64,000 bases of DNA from an uncultured Gemmatimonadales bacterium (GTDB taxonomy: Bacteria > Gemmatimonadota > Gemmatimonadetes > Longimicrobiales > Longimicrobiaceae). Position 1 is the first letter of the stretch; the number at the start of each line of letters is the position of its first letter. Below the pieces are notes generated by a model. That model had not been told where the DNA came from and did no database searches. It was given only the letters and a program-made list of their open reading frames with translations. Shown piece after piece: positions 10,757 to 21,239 of the stretch. The position numbers and the translations under genes were made by a program. Location of the stretch: the NCBI GenBank assembly GCA_963716255.1, contig OY970303.1:3232001-3296000 (forward strand), given 5' to 3'.

Positions 10757-11176
10757 TCACGGCATCTCCACCAGCGTCCAGTACTTGTTGAGCGTCGCCA
10801 TGGCCTCCACGAAGCTGACGAAGGTGACCGGCTTGAGGATGTAGCCGGCGACGTTGAGGTGGTAGGCGTCCACCCGGTCGCGCTCGTCGTCCGAGGTGGT
10901 GAGCACCACCACCGGCGTGAGCCCCAGCTCCGGGTCGGCGCGCAGCTCGCGCAGGAACTCGATGCCGTTCATGCGCGGCATGTTGAGGTCCAGCAGGACC
11001 AGCCGGCGCTCGCGCGGGATCTCCGGGCCGCGCAGCAGCGCCAGCGCGTCCAGGCCGTTCCCCGCCACCCACAGCGGGTTGCCGATGTTGTTCTTCTTGA
11101 AGGCGCGGCGGACGTTCATCACGTCCACCTCGTCGTCCTCCACCAGGAGGATGTTGAGCATTCTGTCTCCGGCCAC
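10757..11176 (-). CDS. Single-domain response regulator (Rcp1-like)
   Basis: ILLVEDD, LLDLNMPRMNG, VVLTTS, YILKP; start GTG 11176 or ATG 11161. Confidence 0.92.
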   Translation of the reverse strand: MAGDRMLNILLVEDDEVDVMNVRRAFKKNNIGNPLWVAGNGLDALALLRGPEIPRERRLVLLDLNMPRMNGIEFLRELRADPELGLTPVVVLTTSDDERDRVDAYHLNVAGYILKPVTFVSFVEAMATLNKYWTLVEMP

Positions 11177-11179
11177 GGT

Positions 11180-13978
11180 TCAGGCTCCGGCGTCGGCTTC
11201 GGGCTCCACGGGCCAGAGGAAGCGGAAGGCGGAGCCTTCCCCCTCGGCGGACTCGACCCAGACCCGGCCGCCCCGGCTCTCCACCAGCTTGCGCACCAGC
11301 GAGAGCCCGATCCCGGTTCCCTCCACCTTGTCGCGGGCGGCCAGGGTCTGGAAGATCCCGAAGATACGGTCGTGGTACTCCGGGGCAATCCCCGGGCCGT
11401 TGTCGCGCACGGCGAACTCCCAGAAGGCGCCGCGCTCCGCGGCCGACACCTCCACCCGGGCGTCGGGGCGGTGGGTGTACTTGACCGCGTTCCCCACCAG
11501 GTTCATGAACACCTGCTGCAGCGGCAGACGCTCCGCCACCAGCGTGGGCATGGGCCCCACCTCCACCGCCACGCCCTCCGGGGGGGCGAGCAGGTCCAGC
11601 ACCTCGTCCAGCAGGGCGCCCACCTCCACCGGCTCCGGCCTCTCGCGGACGCGCCCGGCGCGGGAGTACTGGAGCACGCCGTCGATCAGCCCCTCCATGC
11701 GGTGCACGCGCACGCGCATCAGGTCCAGGTGCTGGCGGCTCTCGGCCGGGACGGCGTCGCCCAGGTCCTCCTCGATCCACTGCGACAGGTTGGCGATCCC
11801 CCGCAGCGGCGCCTTGAGGTCGTGCGAGGCCACGTAGGCGAACTGGTCCAGCTCGCGGTTGCTGGCCTCCAGCGCCCGCGCCAGCCGGGCGAGCTCCTCG
11901 GCCTTGCGCTCGATCTCGCGGCGCGCCCGCACCTGCGCGGTGATCTCCACGCCGTGCACGAAGATCCCGGAAACGGAGCCGTCCGCCTCGCGGAGCGGCT
12001 GGTACACGAAGTCCAGGAACGCCTCCTCCGCGGCGCCCCCCGGCAGGCGCTGCAGCTCGATGCGCACCTCGCTCCCCACGAACGGCTCGCCGCTCCGAAA
12101 GACGCCGTCCAGCAGCTCCACGAAGCCCTGCCCCACCACCTCCGGGAGCGCTTCCGCCACCGGCTTGCCCACCACCTCGCGGTGCCCCACCAGCTGGCGG
12201 TACGGCGGGTTCGCGGTCTCGAACGCGTGCTCCGGCCCGCGCAGCGTGGCGATGAAGGCCGGGGCCCGCTGGAAGATCTCCCGCAGCCGGGTGCGCTCGG
12301 TGTCCAGCGCGGCGATCAGCCGGTCGCGCTCGGCCGCCGTTTCCCTCTGGTCGTGGATGTCGGTGCAGGTGCCGAACCACCCCACGATGGCGCCGTCCTC
12401 GCCGCGCTGGGCCAGCGCCTGCCCCAGCAACCACCGGTACGTCCCGTCGTGGCGGCGGAAGCGATACTCGATGGAGTACGGCTCGCCGGTGTCCAGCGAA
12501 TGCTGCCAGCGGATCCGGGCGCGCTCCCGGTCGTCGGGGTGCAGCACGTCGTTCCAGCCGGCGCCGCGCGTGGCCTCCAGGTCCAGCCCCGTGTAGTCGA
12601 ACCAGCGGCGGTTGTAGTACTCGTGGTAGCCGTCCGGCCGCGTGATCCACACCAGCTGGGGGATGGCGTCGGTCATGAAGCGGTAGTCGGCCTCGCTCCG
12701 CCGCAGCGCCTCCTCCGCCTCCTTGTGGTCCTGCACGTCCGTGTTGACGCCGAACCAGCGCGTGATGCGCCCCTCCGCGTCGCGCATGGCCTGGGCGCGG
12801 GCCAGGTGCCAGCGGTCGGCGCCGTCGTGGCGGCGCAGCCGGAACTCGGTCTCGTACGGCTCCCCGGTCGCCAGCGAGCGGGCCCACCGCTCGCCCGCGC
12901 CCGGCAGGTCGTCCGGGTGCACCATCGCCTGCCAGCCGTCGCCCACCACGGCCTCCGGGGGCGCGCCGAAGTACGCCGCGGTCCGGTCGCTCACGTAGTC
13001 CAGCGCCCCGTCGGGGCGCGCGGTCCACACCTGGGCGGGGAGGGTCTCCGCCAGGAAGCGGTAGCGGTCCTCGCTGGCGCGGCGGGCTTCGTCCGCGCGC
13101 TTTTCCTCGTCGATGTTGCGGAAGTAGACCGAGAGCCCGTCCGGCGAGGGGTAGGCGCGCACCTCGAACCACGAGTCCAGCGGCGGATAGAACGCCTGGA
13201 ACTGCACGGTGTGCTGCTCCGCGGCCGCGCGGCGGTACTGCTCCCAGAAGGGCGATCCCACCGCCTCCGGGAACTCGTCCCACACGCTCTTTCCCAGCAG
13301 CTCCCCGCGCGTGCGGGCCAGCAGGTGCTCCGCCTCGTCGTTGAGGTAGGTGAAGCGCCACGCCCGGTCCAGCGCGAAGAAGGCGTCGGTGATGCTCTCC
13401 AGGATGCGCTGCGTCTGCTCGCGGGCGCGCTCGGCCGCGCGGACCTCCATGCCGGCCAGGCGCTCGATCTCGGCCGCCGCCTGCCGCAGCTCGATCTCCC
13501 GCAGGGCCGAGACCGCGAGCTCGCGCATCACCTCCACGTCGCCGTCGCTCCATTCCCGCGGCTCCATGGAGATGGCGCAGAACGACCCGATCACCTCGCC
13601 GTCCGCGGTGGCCAGCGGCACTCCCAGGTACGCCGCGACGCCCAGCGATTCCACCGTGGGCACCCCGGCATACAGCGGGTCGGCCCGCGTGTCGGGGATC
13701 ACCAGCGGCTCGCGCGAAGCGATGGCGTAGTGGCAGAAGGTGGTCCCGGAAAGCTCCCGGCCGCTCGCCAGCGGCTCGGGGAAGCCGAAGCAGCTCTTGT
13801 AGAAGTCGCGGTCGGCGTCCACCAGCGAAAGGAAGGTGGCGGGGACGCCCAGGATGCGCGCGGCGAGGCGGGTCAGCCGGTCGAACACCTCCTCCGGGGC
13901 GGTGTCCAGGAGCTCCGTGCGGCGGACAGCCGCGACACGGAGCGGGTCCCGGACGTAGGTTGGGGAACCAGGTTGCAT
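11180..13978 (-). CDS. GAF + multi-PAS sensor histidine kinase (Cph1-like transmitter)
   Basis: LLDTAPEEVFDRLTRLA GAF, four PAS repeats, FAYVASHDLKAPL, DNGPGI, GTGIGL. Confidence 0.92.
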   Translation of the reverse strand: MQPGSPTYVRDPLRVAAVRRTELLDTAPEEVFDRLTRLAARILGVPATFLSLVDADRDFYKSCFGFPEPLASGRELSGTTFCHYAIASREPLVIPDTRADPLYAGVPTVESLGVAAYLGVPLATADGEVIGSFCAISMEPREWSDGDVEVMRELAVSALREIELRQAAAEIERLAGMEVRAAERAREQTQRILESITDAFFALDRAWRFTYLNDEAEHLLARTRGELLGKSVWDEFPEAVGSPFWEQYRRAAAEQHTVQFQAFYPPLDSWFEVRAYPSPDGLSVYFRNIDEEKRADEARRASEDRYRFLAETLPAQVWTARPDGALDYVSDRTAAYFGAPPEAVVGDGWQAMVHPDDLPGAGERWARSLATGEPYETEFRLRRHDGADRWHLARAQAMRDAEGRITRWFGVNTDVQDHKEAEEALRRSEADYRFMTDAIPQLVWITRPDGYHEYYNRRWFDYTGLDLEATRGAGWNDVLHPDDRERARIRWQHSLDTGEPYSIEYRFRRHDGTYRWLLGQALAQRGEDGAIVGWFGTCTDIHDQRETAAERDRLIAALDTERTRLREIFQRAPAFIATLRGPEHAFETANPPYRQLVGHREVVGKPVAEALPEVVGQGFVELLDGVFRSGEPFVGSEVRIELQRLPGGAAEEAFLDFVYQPLREADGSVSGIFVHGVEITAQVRARREIERKAEELARLARALEASNRELDQFAYVASHDLKAPLRGIANLSQWIEEDLGDAVPAESRQHLDLMRVRVHRMEGLIDGVLQYSRAGRVRERPEPVEVGALLDEVLDLLAPPEGVAVEVGPMPTLVAERLPLQQVFMNLVGNAVKYTHRPDARVEVSAAERGAFWEFAVRDNGPGIAPEYHDRIFGIFQTLAARDKVEGTGIGLSLVRKLVESRGGRVWVESAEGEGSAFRFLWPVEPEADAGA

Positions 13979-14154
13979 GGCCCGGAGCAGTGGAGTGGAG
14001 GTCGACCCTGGGGTCGCGAGCTCCGTCCCTCCTGCAAGGCTCCCGCCACGCGGCCCCGGATCGTGTGGAACCAGTGGGGGTATGAGCGCGCGACGGCCCG
14101 CAACGGGGCGGGCCGGGAGCGGGGGAGCTCCCCCAGCAGCGACCTGAGGGACGG

Positions 14155-14718
14155 ATGCACGTATACCTGAAAGAAGAGCCGGTGGAGCTGGAGATCCGCG
14201 AGGTGGACCCCGAGGGGCTGGTCCCGGAGGACTCCGACCTGATCCCCGTGGCGTTCTACGTCGCCGGCAACGAGCGGCCCAGCTTCCGCGCCATCCTCCC
14301 CCCGCAGACGGTGGCGGTGCTGGAGGAGGCGACGCTGGCTCCCGTGCGCCTGGGGCTGCTGGCCGAGGAGCCGGAGGACGCCGGCGAGATCCACGCCATG
14401 GTGGGGCTTTCGGTGACCATGCACGGCGACCCCGAGGAGGCGGAGACGGCGCACGGCGACGAGGAGCGTCCCCCCGCCGAGCCCTGGAGCACCGACCCCG
14501 ATGCCTGGCGCGGACTGGGCGGCGACGACGAGGACGAGGAAGCGGAGGAGGGCGGGGAGCGCACGGTGCTGCTGGCCTTCGCGCCGCTGGTGCGCCTGCG
14601 CCGCAAGTTCCCGGACGACTTCGCCGAGGAGCTCGCCGACCTGCTGGAGACCGCCCTCGCGGGGGACACCAAGCCGTCGCTGGAGGCCAGGATCGACGAC
14701 ATGCTGGGAGGGCTGTGA
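14155..14718 (+). CDS. Acidic hypothetical protein
   Basis: 187-aa ORF with host-like codon usage; GAGGG upstream of ATG. Confidence 0.8.
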   Translation: MHVYLKEEPVELEIREVDPEGLVPEDSDLIPVAFYVAGNERPSFRAILPPQTVAVLEEATLAPVRLGLLAEEPEDAGEIHAMVGLSVTMHGDPEEAETAHGDEERPPAEPWSTDPDAWRGLGGDDEDEEAEEGGERTVLLAFAPLVRLRRKFPDDFAEELADLLETALAGDTKPSLEARIDDMLGGL

Positions 14719-14729
14719 ACGGCTTCGGC

Positions 14730-15765
<1,036 letters not shown>

Positions 15766-16246
15766 CCCGCGGCGCCCGCGCCGGGGCGTCGCGCTGGCGC
15801 CGTCCTTGCCATGAGACCGTCCCGGGGGACGGCGGCCAGCGCGAACGGGCGCTGCTCCAGCGCCTCGCCGAGGGCATCGGCGAGTCGTGCCGGGTGGTCG
15901 TCCTGAACGACAATCCCGCCGGTTTCCGCAGGCGGTTCCGCGAGTTCGCCGGTGCCCGCGCTCCACGCGCGCGGAGCCCGGGCCGCAGCGCCGGCCCTCG
16001 CGGCCGGCGCCTGAGGCGAACCCGGAAATCCTTTCCGGCCGACGCCATTTTTTCCAGGGTTGCCGGGCGCCGGGCCCGCCGGTATCGTTCCCCCACACCG
16101 AAGCAGAATCCGTTCGTGCGGCCGCCCTCCCGGGCCCGGCCGCCCGCGCTCCCGCCCCGCGGGAGCGCATCCCCACGCGCGCCGTCCCGGCGCCGCCCCG
16201 CACCGTTCCGTCCTTCCCGTCGGACGACACTCCAGGAGACATCCCC

Positions 16247-16984
16247 ATGAGACTCAGCGTCCTCGCCCTCGCCGGGCTGCTGGCGCTCCCCGCCGCCGCG
16301 GCGGCGCAGGACCCGCTTCCCCCCGGGCAGCTCCCGCCCGCGCGCTTTGCCGTCACCCCGTTCGTGGGCATTCGCGTCCCGTACAGCACCGGGGACGCGT
16401 TCCTGTTCACCGGCGACGGCCGCAGCTTCGCCATCGACGAGGACCGCGGCGGCGGCGCGCTGGCCGGGGTGGAGGCGGAGGCCCGCGTGCGCGGTCCGCT
16501 GAGCGTGCTCGGCTCGCTGGCCTACAGCAGCGCGGGCGACTACGACATCACCCTCACCTCCAGCGAGGGCGAGCGCATCCCGCTCATCGCCGACACCCCG
16601 GACATGTGGATGGCGAAGCTTGCCGTGGCGTACCGGCTCCCCGAGCCGCGCCCCGACAACCGCCGCTTCCACCCGGCCGGCTTCGTGTCGGCGGGGCCGT
16701 CGCTGGTGCGCACCAACTGGTCCGAGAGCGAGCTGGACGGCAGCGGCGACAATCACTGGGGGCTCAACCTGGGCGTGCACACCGCCACCACGCTGGGCAC
16801 GCCGCGGCTGGCGCTGAACCTGGGGATCGAGGACTACCTGACCTTCTGGGACACCGACCGGCTGGCGGCGCACGAGGCGGCGCTGTACGGGGACTTCTTC
16901 GAGGACACCGCGGCCGTGGACTTCCGCTACAGCACCTCCAATCTGGTCATGCTGCGGCTGGGGGTTTCGTTCAGGTTCCAGTAG
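16247..16984 (+). CDS. Secreted, probable outer-membrane beta-barrel protein
   Basis: GGAG RBS, signal peptide ending AAA-Q, amphipathic strands, C-terminal LGVSFRFQ. Confidence 0.75.
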   Translation: MRLSVLALAGLLALPAAAAAQDPLPPGQLPPARFAVTPFVGIRVPYSTGDAFLFTGDGRSFAIDEDRGGGALAGVEAEARVRGPLSVLGSLAYSSAGDYDITLTSSEGERIPLIADTPDMWMAKLAVAYRLPEPRPDNRRFHPAGFVSAGPSLVRTNWSESELDGSGDNHWGLNLGVHTATTLGTPRLALNLGIEDYLTFWDTDRLAAHEAALYGDFFEDTAAVDFRYSTSNLVMLRLGVSFRFQ

Positions 16985-17011
16985 GGGTTTTCGTCCGGTC
17001 TTCGATGTCGG

Positions 17012-17047
17012 AGGGTGGTCCCGGGCTGGTTCCGGGGCCGCCTTTTT
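17012..17047 (+). terminator. Probable intrinsic terminator
   Basis: GC-rich imperfect hairpin followed by TTTTT shortly after the stop at 16984. Confidence 0.55.
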
Positions 17048-17065
17048 CGTGTTTCCTCAGCTGTG

Positions 17066-17181
17066 GGGGGCCGCTCCGGAACCAGGCCAAACTGCCGGCC
17101 TGTTTCCTACGCGGGCTCCGGGAGCCCCGCGGTACTGCTGCGAGTCTCCCTCCGAACAGACGCATGTGGGTACCGCGGAAC
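17066..17181 (+). repeat. Repeat family B, copy 1 (two stem-loop modules)
   Basis: GGGGCCGCTCCGGA...TCTCCCTCCGAAC..CGCATGTGGGTAC.GCGGAAC shared with 37748, 39333 and 53293. Confidence 0.85.
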
Positions 17182-17196
17182 CGCGAACCGCAACGA

Positions 17197-17238
17197 CGGC
17201 GAAGCCCCACCCTCCGTGCGGAGGGTGGGGCTTCGCCG
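17197..17238. repeat. Perfect 20-bp inverted repeat
   Basis: CGGCGAAGCCCCACCCTCCG TG CGGAGGGTGGGGCTTCGCCG between convergent genes. Confidence 0.85.
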
Positions 17239-17303
17239 CGTGGGCGGGCGAGGCTCGGCGCCGAGCTCCTTCACGCGCCGGAGGCGGGACTGCCGTGCCG
17301 TTG

Positions 17304-17352
17304 CTCCCCCTTTCTCCCGCTTGCGGGGGAGGGGGGGCCGGGGAGTGAGGGG
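17304..17352 (-). repeat. REP-like palindrome, family C1 (CCCCTCNCCCC..CCCTCYCCCGCAAG type)
   Basis: Similar to 26727-26765 (opposite strand) and 39503-39543. Confidence 0.65.
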
Positions 17353-17380
17353 ACCCACCCTCTCGGACGCCGGCACCAGC

Positions 17381-17520
17381 CCCGCGTGAGGGATTTCGGC
17401 CCGAAGGGGCGAGATCCGGCGGGGTTGTTTCCGCCGGAGCTCGACTCCGTTGGGCTGCGTTGTTTGCAGCCCTACGGAGCCGAAGCCCGACCCCGGCGCC
17501 AGCCGGGGGCACGCCCGAAC
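17381..17520 (+). repeat. Repeat family A, copy 1
   Basis: Full scaffold; stem A TCCGGCGG/CCGCCGGA, stem B GGGCTGC/GCAGCCC. Strand labels follow the CCCGCGTGAGGG-first convention. Confidence 0.97.
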
Positions 17521-17527
17521 CCCGTCG

Positions 17528-19093
17528 TCAGGTGAAGACGTCGACGGCTTCCTGCATGGTCCGCAACTCCACACACCCCTCCACCGGCGCCGTCTTCGGC
17601 ATCCGGCGCGCGATCGCCGCCGCCCGCGAGTGGGCCAGGTTCCAGCCGCGCCGGTCGCGCGGGGTCCGCAGCTCGTCGCGCAGGTCCTCGCGGAGCACGC
17701 AGGCATCCAGCGGGACCATCTCCAGGCGGCGCAGCCCCCCGGCGACGGCGGGGGCGGCGTCGGCGCTCAGGCGCGACAGGTACACGGCGTCCAGCTTCCC
17801 CGTGCGCTCCGCGCGGCGCAGGTTGGTGCGGGCGATCAGCGCGTCCGGGTTCAGCACATTGAGCGCGGCCACCACCGCGAAGCCCGACATCACCGCGCCG
17901 CGCGGGAAGCGCCCCGGCCGCCCGCGCAGCACCGTGGCCGCGAACCAGGCCAGCACCATCCCCAGCCACCCCATGAAGGCGGTGGTGTACAGGCGCAGCT
18001 CCGTCAGGCCGTAGGCCGCCTGGTACAGGCGCATCCGCTGCACCGCCGACACCATCACCACGAAGAGCAGCGCCACCAGCACCCCGGCGAGCACCCGGAA
18101 GACGCGCTCGCCGCGGCCGCCCTTTTCGCGGAGCAGCGCGTGGAGGGCGAGGAGCATGGGGAGCGCCAGCACGGCCACCCACACCAGCTCGAAGAAGCCG
18201 CGGCGCGCGTACTCGCCCCACCCCATTTCCAGCGACCGGCTCACCCACGCCTGCCCGCCGAACAGGTAGCGGAACTGCACCGCCACGAAGGCAAGGAAGA
18301 GCCCGTCCAGCAGCGCCAGCACCGTGGCCACCTCGGTCGCCCCCAGGGTGGGGCGGGGAAGGGCGGCCGTGCTCAGCTCGCCCCGCGGCGCCTGGAGCGC
18401 CGCCCACAGCACCCCCGCCGCCGCCCAGCTCCAGAAGAGCACCCGGAAGACCGTGGCCGCCGCGGCGCCGCCGTCCCAGCGGAACAGGCCGCTCACGGCC
18501 TTCGCGAACACCGGGTCCGCCGAGGCGAACAGGGCGTTGAACACCAGCAGCAGCGGCACCGCCAGCAGGACTCCGCGCGCCACCGCCAGCACCCGCGTGG
18601 AGCGCCCCGCCGGCACCAGGCTCCGCCACTCCACCCGGGCCACGACCACCACCAGCAGCCCCACCGCCGCGTAGAAGGCGGTGGCGCCCACCCCCAGGAT
18701 CCAGCGGCCCAGCGCGCGGTCCCCCAGCCCGCCGCCGCGCGCCCGCCACGCTCCCACCATCAGCGCCGCGAGAAGCGCCAGCAGGTTGAGCGCGGCGAGC
18801 ATCGGCGAGGCGCGCCAGGCGAGCGCCGCCGCGAAGAGCAGCGCGGGAAACGCCATCCAGCGCCCCTCCCCCTCCAGCTCCGTTTCCGTGCGCCCGGCCA
18901 GCACCGCCGCCGCGCACAGCAGCGCCGCCGTCCAGATCAGCGCGTTCAGCCCCAGCACGGTCCCCGCGAACAGGCCGTTCCCCAGGACTCCAAGCGCCCC
19001 GGCCTCGCCCAGCAGCAGGAGCGACGCCCGCGTGCGCTCGCTCAGCTCCCAGGCCGGGCGCGCCGGATCCAGCGTCTCCACCCCGCCGCTCAC
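17528..19093 (-). CDS. DUF4153/DUF4173 family polytopic membrane protein
   Basis: LFASADPVF, QFRYLFGG, YARRGFFELV, RMRLYQAAYGLTELR, YLSRLSADA motifs; GTG start after GGAGG. Confidence 0.88.
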   Translation of the reverse strand: MSGGVETLDPARPAWELSERTRASLLLLGEAGALGVLGNGLFAGTVLGLNALIWTAALLCAAAVLAGRTETELEGEGRWMAFPALLFAAALAWRASPMLAALNLLALLAALMVGAWRARGGGLGDRALGRWILGVGATAFYAAVGLLVVVVARVEWRSLVPAGRSTRVLAVARGVLLAVPLLLVFNALFASADPVFAKAVSGLFRWDGGAAAATVFRVLFWSWAAAGVLWAALQAPRGELSTAALPRPTLGATEVATVLALLDGLFLAFVAVQFRYLFGGQAWVSRSLEMGWGEYARRGFFELVWVAVLALPMLLALHALLREKGGRGERVFRVLAGVLVALLFVVMVSAVQRMRLYQAAYGLTELRLYTTAFMGWLGMVLAWFAATVLRGRPGRFPRGAVMSGFAVVAALNVLNPDALIARTNLRRAERTGKLDAVYLSRLSADAAPAVAGGLRRLEMVPLDACVLREDLRDELRTPRDRRGWNLAHSRAAAIARRMPKTAPVEGCVELRTMQEAVDVFT

Positions 19094-19245
19094 CGGGCAC
19101 CTCCGGCCGTGGCCGTGCGGACCGTCTCCAGGCGGATGCGCGTGGGGGCGTGCAGCCAGCTGTCCTCGTCGCCGATCACGAAGCGCTCGACCACCCGCTC
19201 CACCCCCACGCCCTCCGTCACCAGCAGCTGCGGTTGCCCTTGCAT
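19090..19245 (-). CDS. Small hypothetical protein, 51 aa (absent from the ORF track)
   Basis: MQGQPQLLVTEGVGVERVVERFVIGDEDSWLHAPTRIRLETVRTATAGGAR; GGAGG RBS; GTGA overlap with the next gene. Confidence 0.6.
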   Translation of the reverse strand: MQGQPQLLVTEGVGVERVVERFVIGDEDSWLHAPTRIRLETVRTATAGGAR

Positions 19246-19314
19246 GGTCCCGCCGCCTCCCATCTGAAGGTGAAACGGGGCGCGCCCTCCCGGCGCGCCC
19301 CGCGTGGTCCTCCG

Positions 19315-20049
19315 CTACCCCGTGGCCTGGAGCACCCGCCCGAAGCGGCGCTCCCGCCCGGCGAACTCGCGCACCGCCCCCTGCAGGTCGGCGGGCGTGA
19401 ATTCGGGCCACATCTTGGGCGAGAAGAGCAGCTCCGCGTAGGCGCATTCCCACAGGAGGAAGTCGCTGAGCCGCTGCTCGCCCCCGGTGCGGATGAGCAG
19501 GTCCACGTCCGGCGTGCCGCCGGGGGAGTGGATCTCCTCGCCCAGCGCGCGGGCGAACTCCTCGCGCGTGGGCTCACCGCCGCCGCCCAGGCGGGCCGCG
19601 GCGCGCAGGATCGCGTCGCGCGCCGAGTAGTCGATCGCCACGCGGAAGTGCATGGCCCGCCCCGCGGCCGTGGCGCTCTCCGCCGTCCGCACCGTGGTGA
19701 GCAGCTCCGGTCCCAGCCGGTCCCGCCGCCCCACGACGCTGAGCCGCACCTCGTTCTCCACGCAGCGCCGCGTCTCCCCCACCAGGTACGCCCGGAACAG
19801 GCGCATCAGCGCCGTCACCTCGGGGCCCGGCCGCTGCCAGTTGTCGGACGAGAAAGCGTACACCGTGAGCGTGCCGATCCCCATCTCCCGCGCGGCCTCC
19901 ACGATCTGCCGCACCGTGCGCGCGCCCGCCTTGTGCCCCGCCGCCCGAGGCCACCCCCGCGCCCGTGCCCAGCGCCCGTTGCCGTCCATGATCATCGCGA
20001 CGTGCATCGCGGAGAGATCCGTGTCGGCTCGAAAAGAACTCTGTTTCAT
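19315..20049 (-). CDS. uppS: Undecaprenyl diphosphate synthase (cis-prenyltransferase)
   Basis: HVAMIMDGNGRWA, YAFSSDNWQRP, DLLIRTGGEQRLSDFLLWE; start 20049-20064. Confidence 0.93.
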   Translation of the reverse strand: MKQSSFRADTDLSAMHVAMIMDGNGRWARARGWPRAAGHKAGARTVRQIVEAAREMGIGTLTVYAFSSDNWQRPGPEVTALMRLFRAYLVGETRRCVENEVRLSVVGRRDRLGPELLTTVRTAESATAAGRAMHFRVAIDYSARDAILRAAARLGGGGEPTREEFARALGEEIHSPGGTPDVDLLIRTGGEQRLSDFLLWECAYAELLFSPKMWPEFTPADLQGAVREFAGRERRFGRVLQATG

Positions 20050-20054
20050 AAAGT
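20038..20054. promoter_or_regulatory. Putative palindromic operator overlapping the uppS start
   Basis: ACTCTGTTTCATAAAGT; its reverse complement matches 21101-21117 at 12/17. Confidence 0.45.
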
Positions 20055-20071
20055 GCATGGGCAAAAAAATG

Positions 20072-20449
20072 TCAGTCCTGGCGGTCCCGCACCGCCTGGA
20101 TCAGCGCTTCCATGTGGTCCAGGTACAGCTCCAGCGCGCGCCGGCCCTCCGGCGTCAGCCGGTACTCGGTGCGCGGCACCCGCCCCTCGAAGCTCTTGGT
20201 GCAGGCCACGTACCCCGCCTCCTCCAGCTTGCGCGCGTGCACGCTCAGGTTGCCGTCGGTGGCCGACAGCATGTCCTTGAGCGCATTGAAGCTCAGCTTC
20301 TCGTTGACCGCCAGCGCGCTGACGATCGCCAGCCGGATCCGCTCGTGGATGAGCCGGTCCAGCTCCGGCGCGGATTCCGCCGCGCCGCCCGCGACGCTGC
20401 GCAGCCCGAAGTCCTCGCCCCCCTGGGGCGCCCGCTTCGCCTTACCCAC
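20072..20449 (-). CDS. Winged-helix transcriptional regulator (HTH_34, MarR/ArsR-like)
   Basis: LDRLIHERIRLAI, TDGNLSVHARKLEEAGYV, PRTEYRLT. Confidence 0.9.
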   Translation of the reverse strand: MGKAKRAPQGGEDFGLRSVAGGAAESAPELDRLIHERIRLAIVSALAVNEKLSFNALKDMLSATDGNLSVHARKLEEAGYVACTKSFEGRVPRTEYRLTPEGRRALELYLDHMEALIQAVRDRQD

Positions 20450-21062
20450 CGTACCTCCAGGCGATGATGGCTCCGAAGAGCACGTTGAGCCCGCCGAACC
20501 CCAGCGCCATCATGGCGCTCCCCCAGCCGGCGGGGGTGAAGAGCGCGACCGTCCCCAGCGCCATGAAGCACAGCCCCATCACCGGCACCACCCGCGCCGA
20601 GAACGCCCCGGCCGTCACCACCCCGGTGCCGAAGAGGAGGAGCCACATCCCGGGGAGCGCGGCCACCAGCCCGGTGTCGTACAGGAAGGCGGTGAGCAGC
20701 GCCCCCGCCATGAGCGGCGGCGCCAGGCTGAGCGCGAACTTGCGCCCGGGCCCGGACAGCAGCGGCATCCTGGCCGCGCGCGCCTTGCGCGCCGTGGTCC
20801 ACCCGCCGATCGCCACCGCGAAAAGCGCCTCCGCCCACCACACCGACAGCCACCCTTCGGGCGAGCCCTGCCGCGCCGCCACCCACGCGGCCGCCAGCGC
20901 GGTGACGCCCATCCCCACCATGCCCCACCCGGACACGGCGGTGAAGCTCCCCGCCCGCTCCATGGTCTCGCGGATGAAGCGGAGGTTGTCCATCGCCCTG
21001 GCGTGCAGGTCGAAGGGCTGCTCCTCCTCGGGCGTGTGTCGGATGGGGTGCACGGTAGCCAT
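20442..21062 (-). CDS. Membrane protein upstream of the HTH_34 regulator
   Basis: AMDNLRFIRETMERA N-terminus, about 6 TM helices, overlaps the regulator start. Confidence 0.85.
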   Translation of the reverse strand: MATVHPIRHTPEEEQPFDLHARAMDNLRFIRETMERAGSFTAVSGWGMVGMGVTALAAAWVAARQGSPEGWLSVWWAEALFAVAIGGWTTARKARAARMPLLSGPGRKFALSLAPPLMAGALLTAFLYDTGLVAALPGMWLLLFGTGVVTAGAFSARVVPVMGLCFMALGTVALFTPAGWGSAMMALGFGGLNVLFGAIIAWRYGG

Positions 21063-21069
21063 GGGACGG

Positions 21070-21117
21070 AGGATAATCCGCCGCCGCCTGTCTGTCAAGT
21101 GCTTTGCGATGCAGAGT
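21070..21117 (-). promoter_or_regulatory. Sigma70-type promoter (probably leaderless) with adjacent palindromic operator
   Basis: TTGACA (21098-21093), N17, TATCCT (21075-21070), N7, ATG; palindrome GCTTTGCGATGCAGAGT at 21101-21117. Confidence 0.65.
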
Positions 21118-21239
21118 GGAATGGAGGTGCCTCGTCGGCTCCCCTTGTGGCGCCGGGAGGCCCGGTCCATCTTCCCGGGACGGCCTTTTTTCGTCCCCCG
21201 GCCGCCCGGCCCCGGTCCTCACGCCAGCCCCCGCCCGCC

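Noticed and set aside
8769..13978. Kinase-receiver-hybrid kinase triad as a phytochrome system
   Set aside because: The transmitter and receiver are Cph1/Rcp1-like, but no PAS-GAF-PHY chromophore module was recognised; this is a common arrangement
5805..14170. Very long plus-strand ORFs (1679 aa and 1142 aa) and similar Arg/Gly/Pro-rich ORFs
   Set aside because: Shadow ORFs antisense to or out of frame with real genes, expected at this GC content
15766..16246. Possible gene remnant or ncRNA between gluQ and the beta-barrel gene
   Set aside because: A short protein-like stretch (RERALLQRLAEGIGESCRVVVLND) has no clear start or recognisable family; insufficient support
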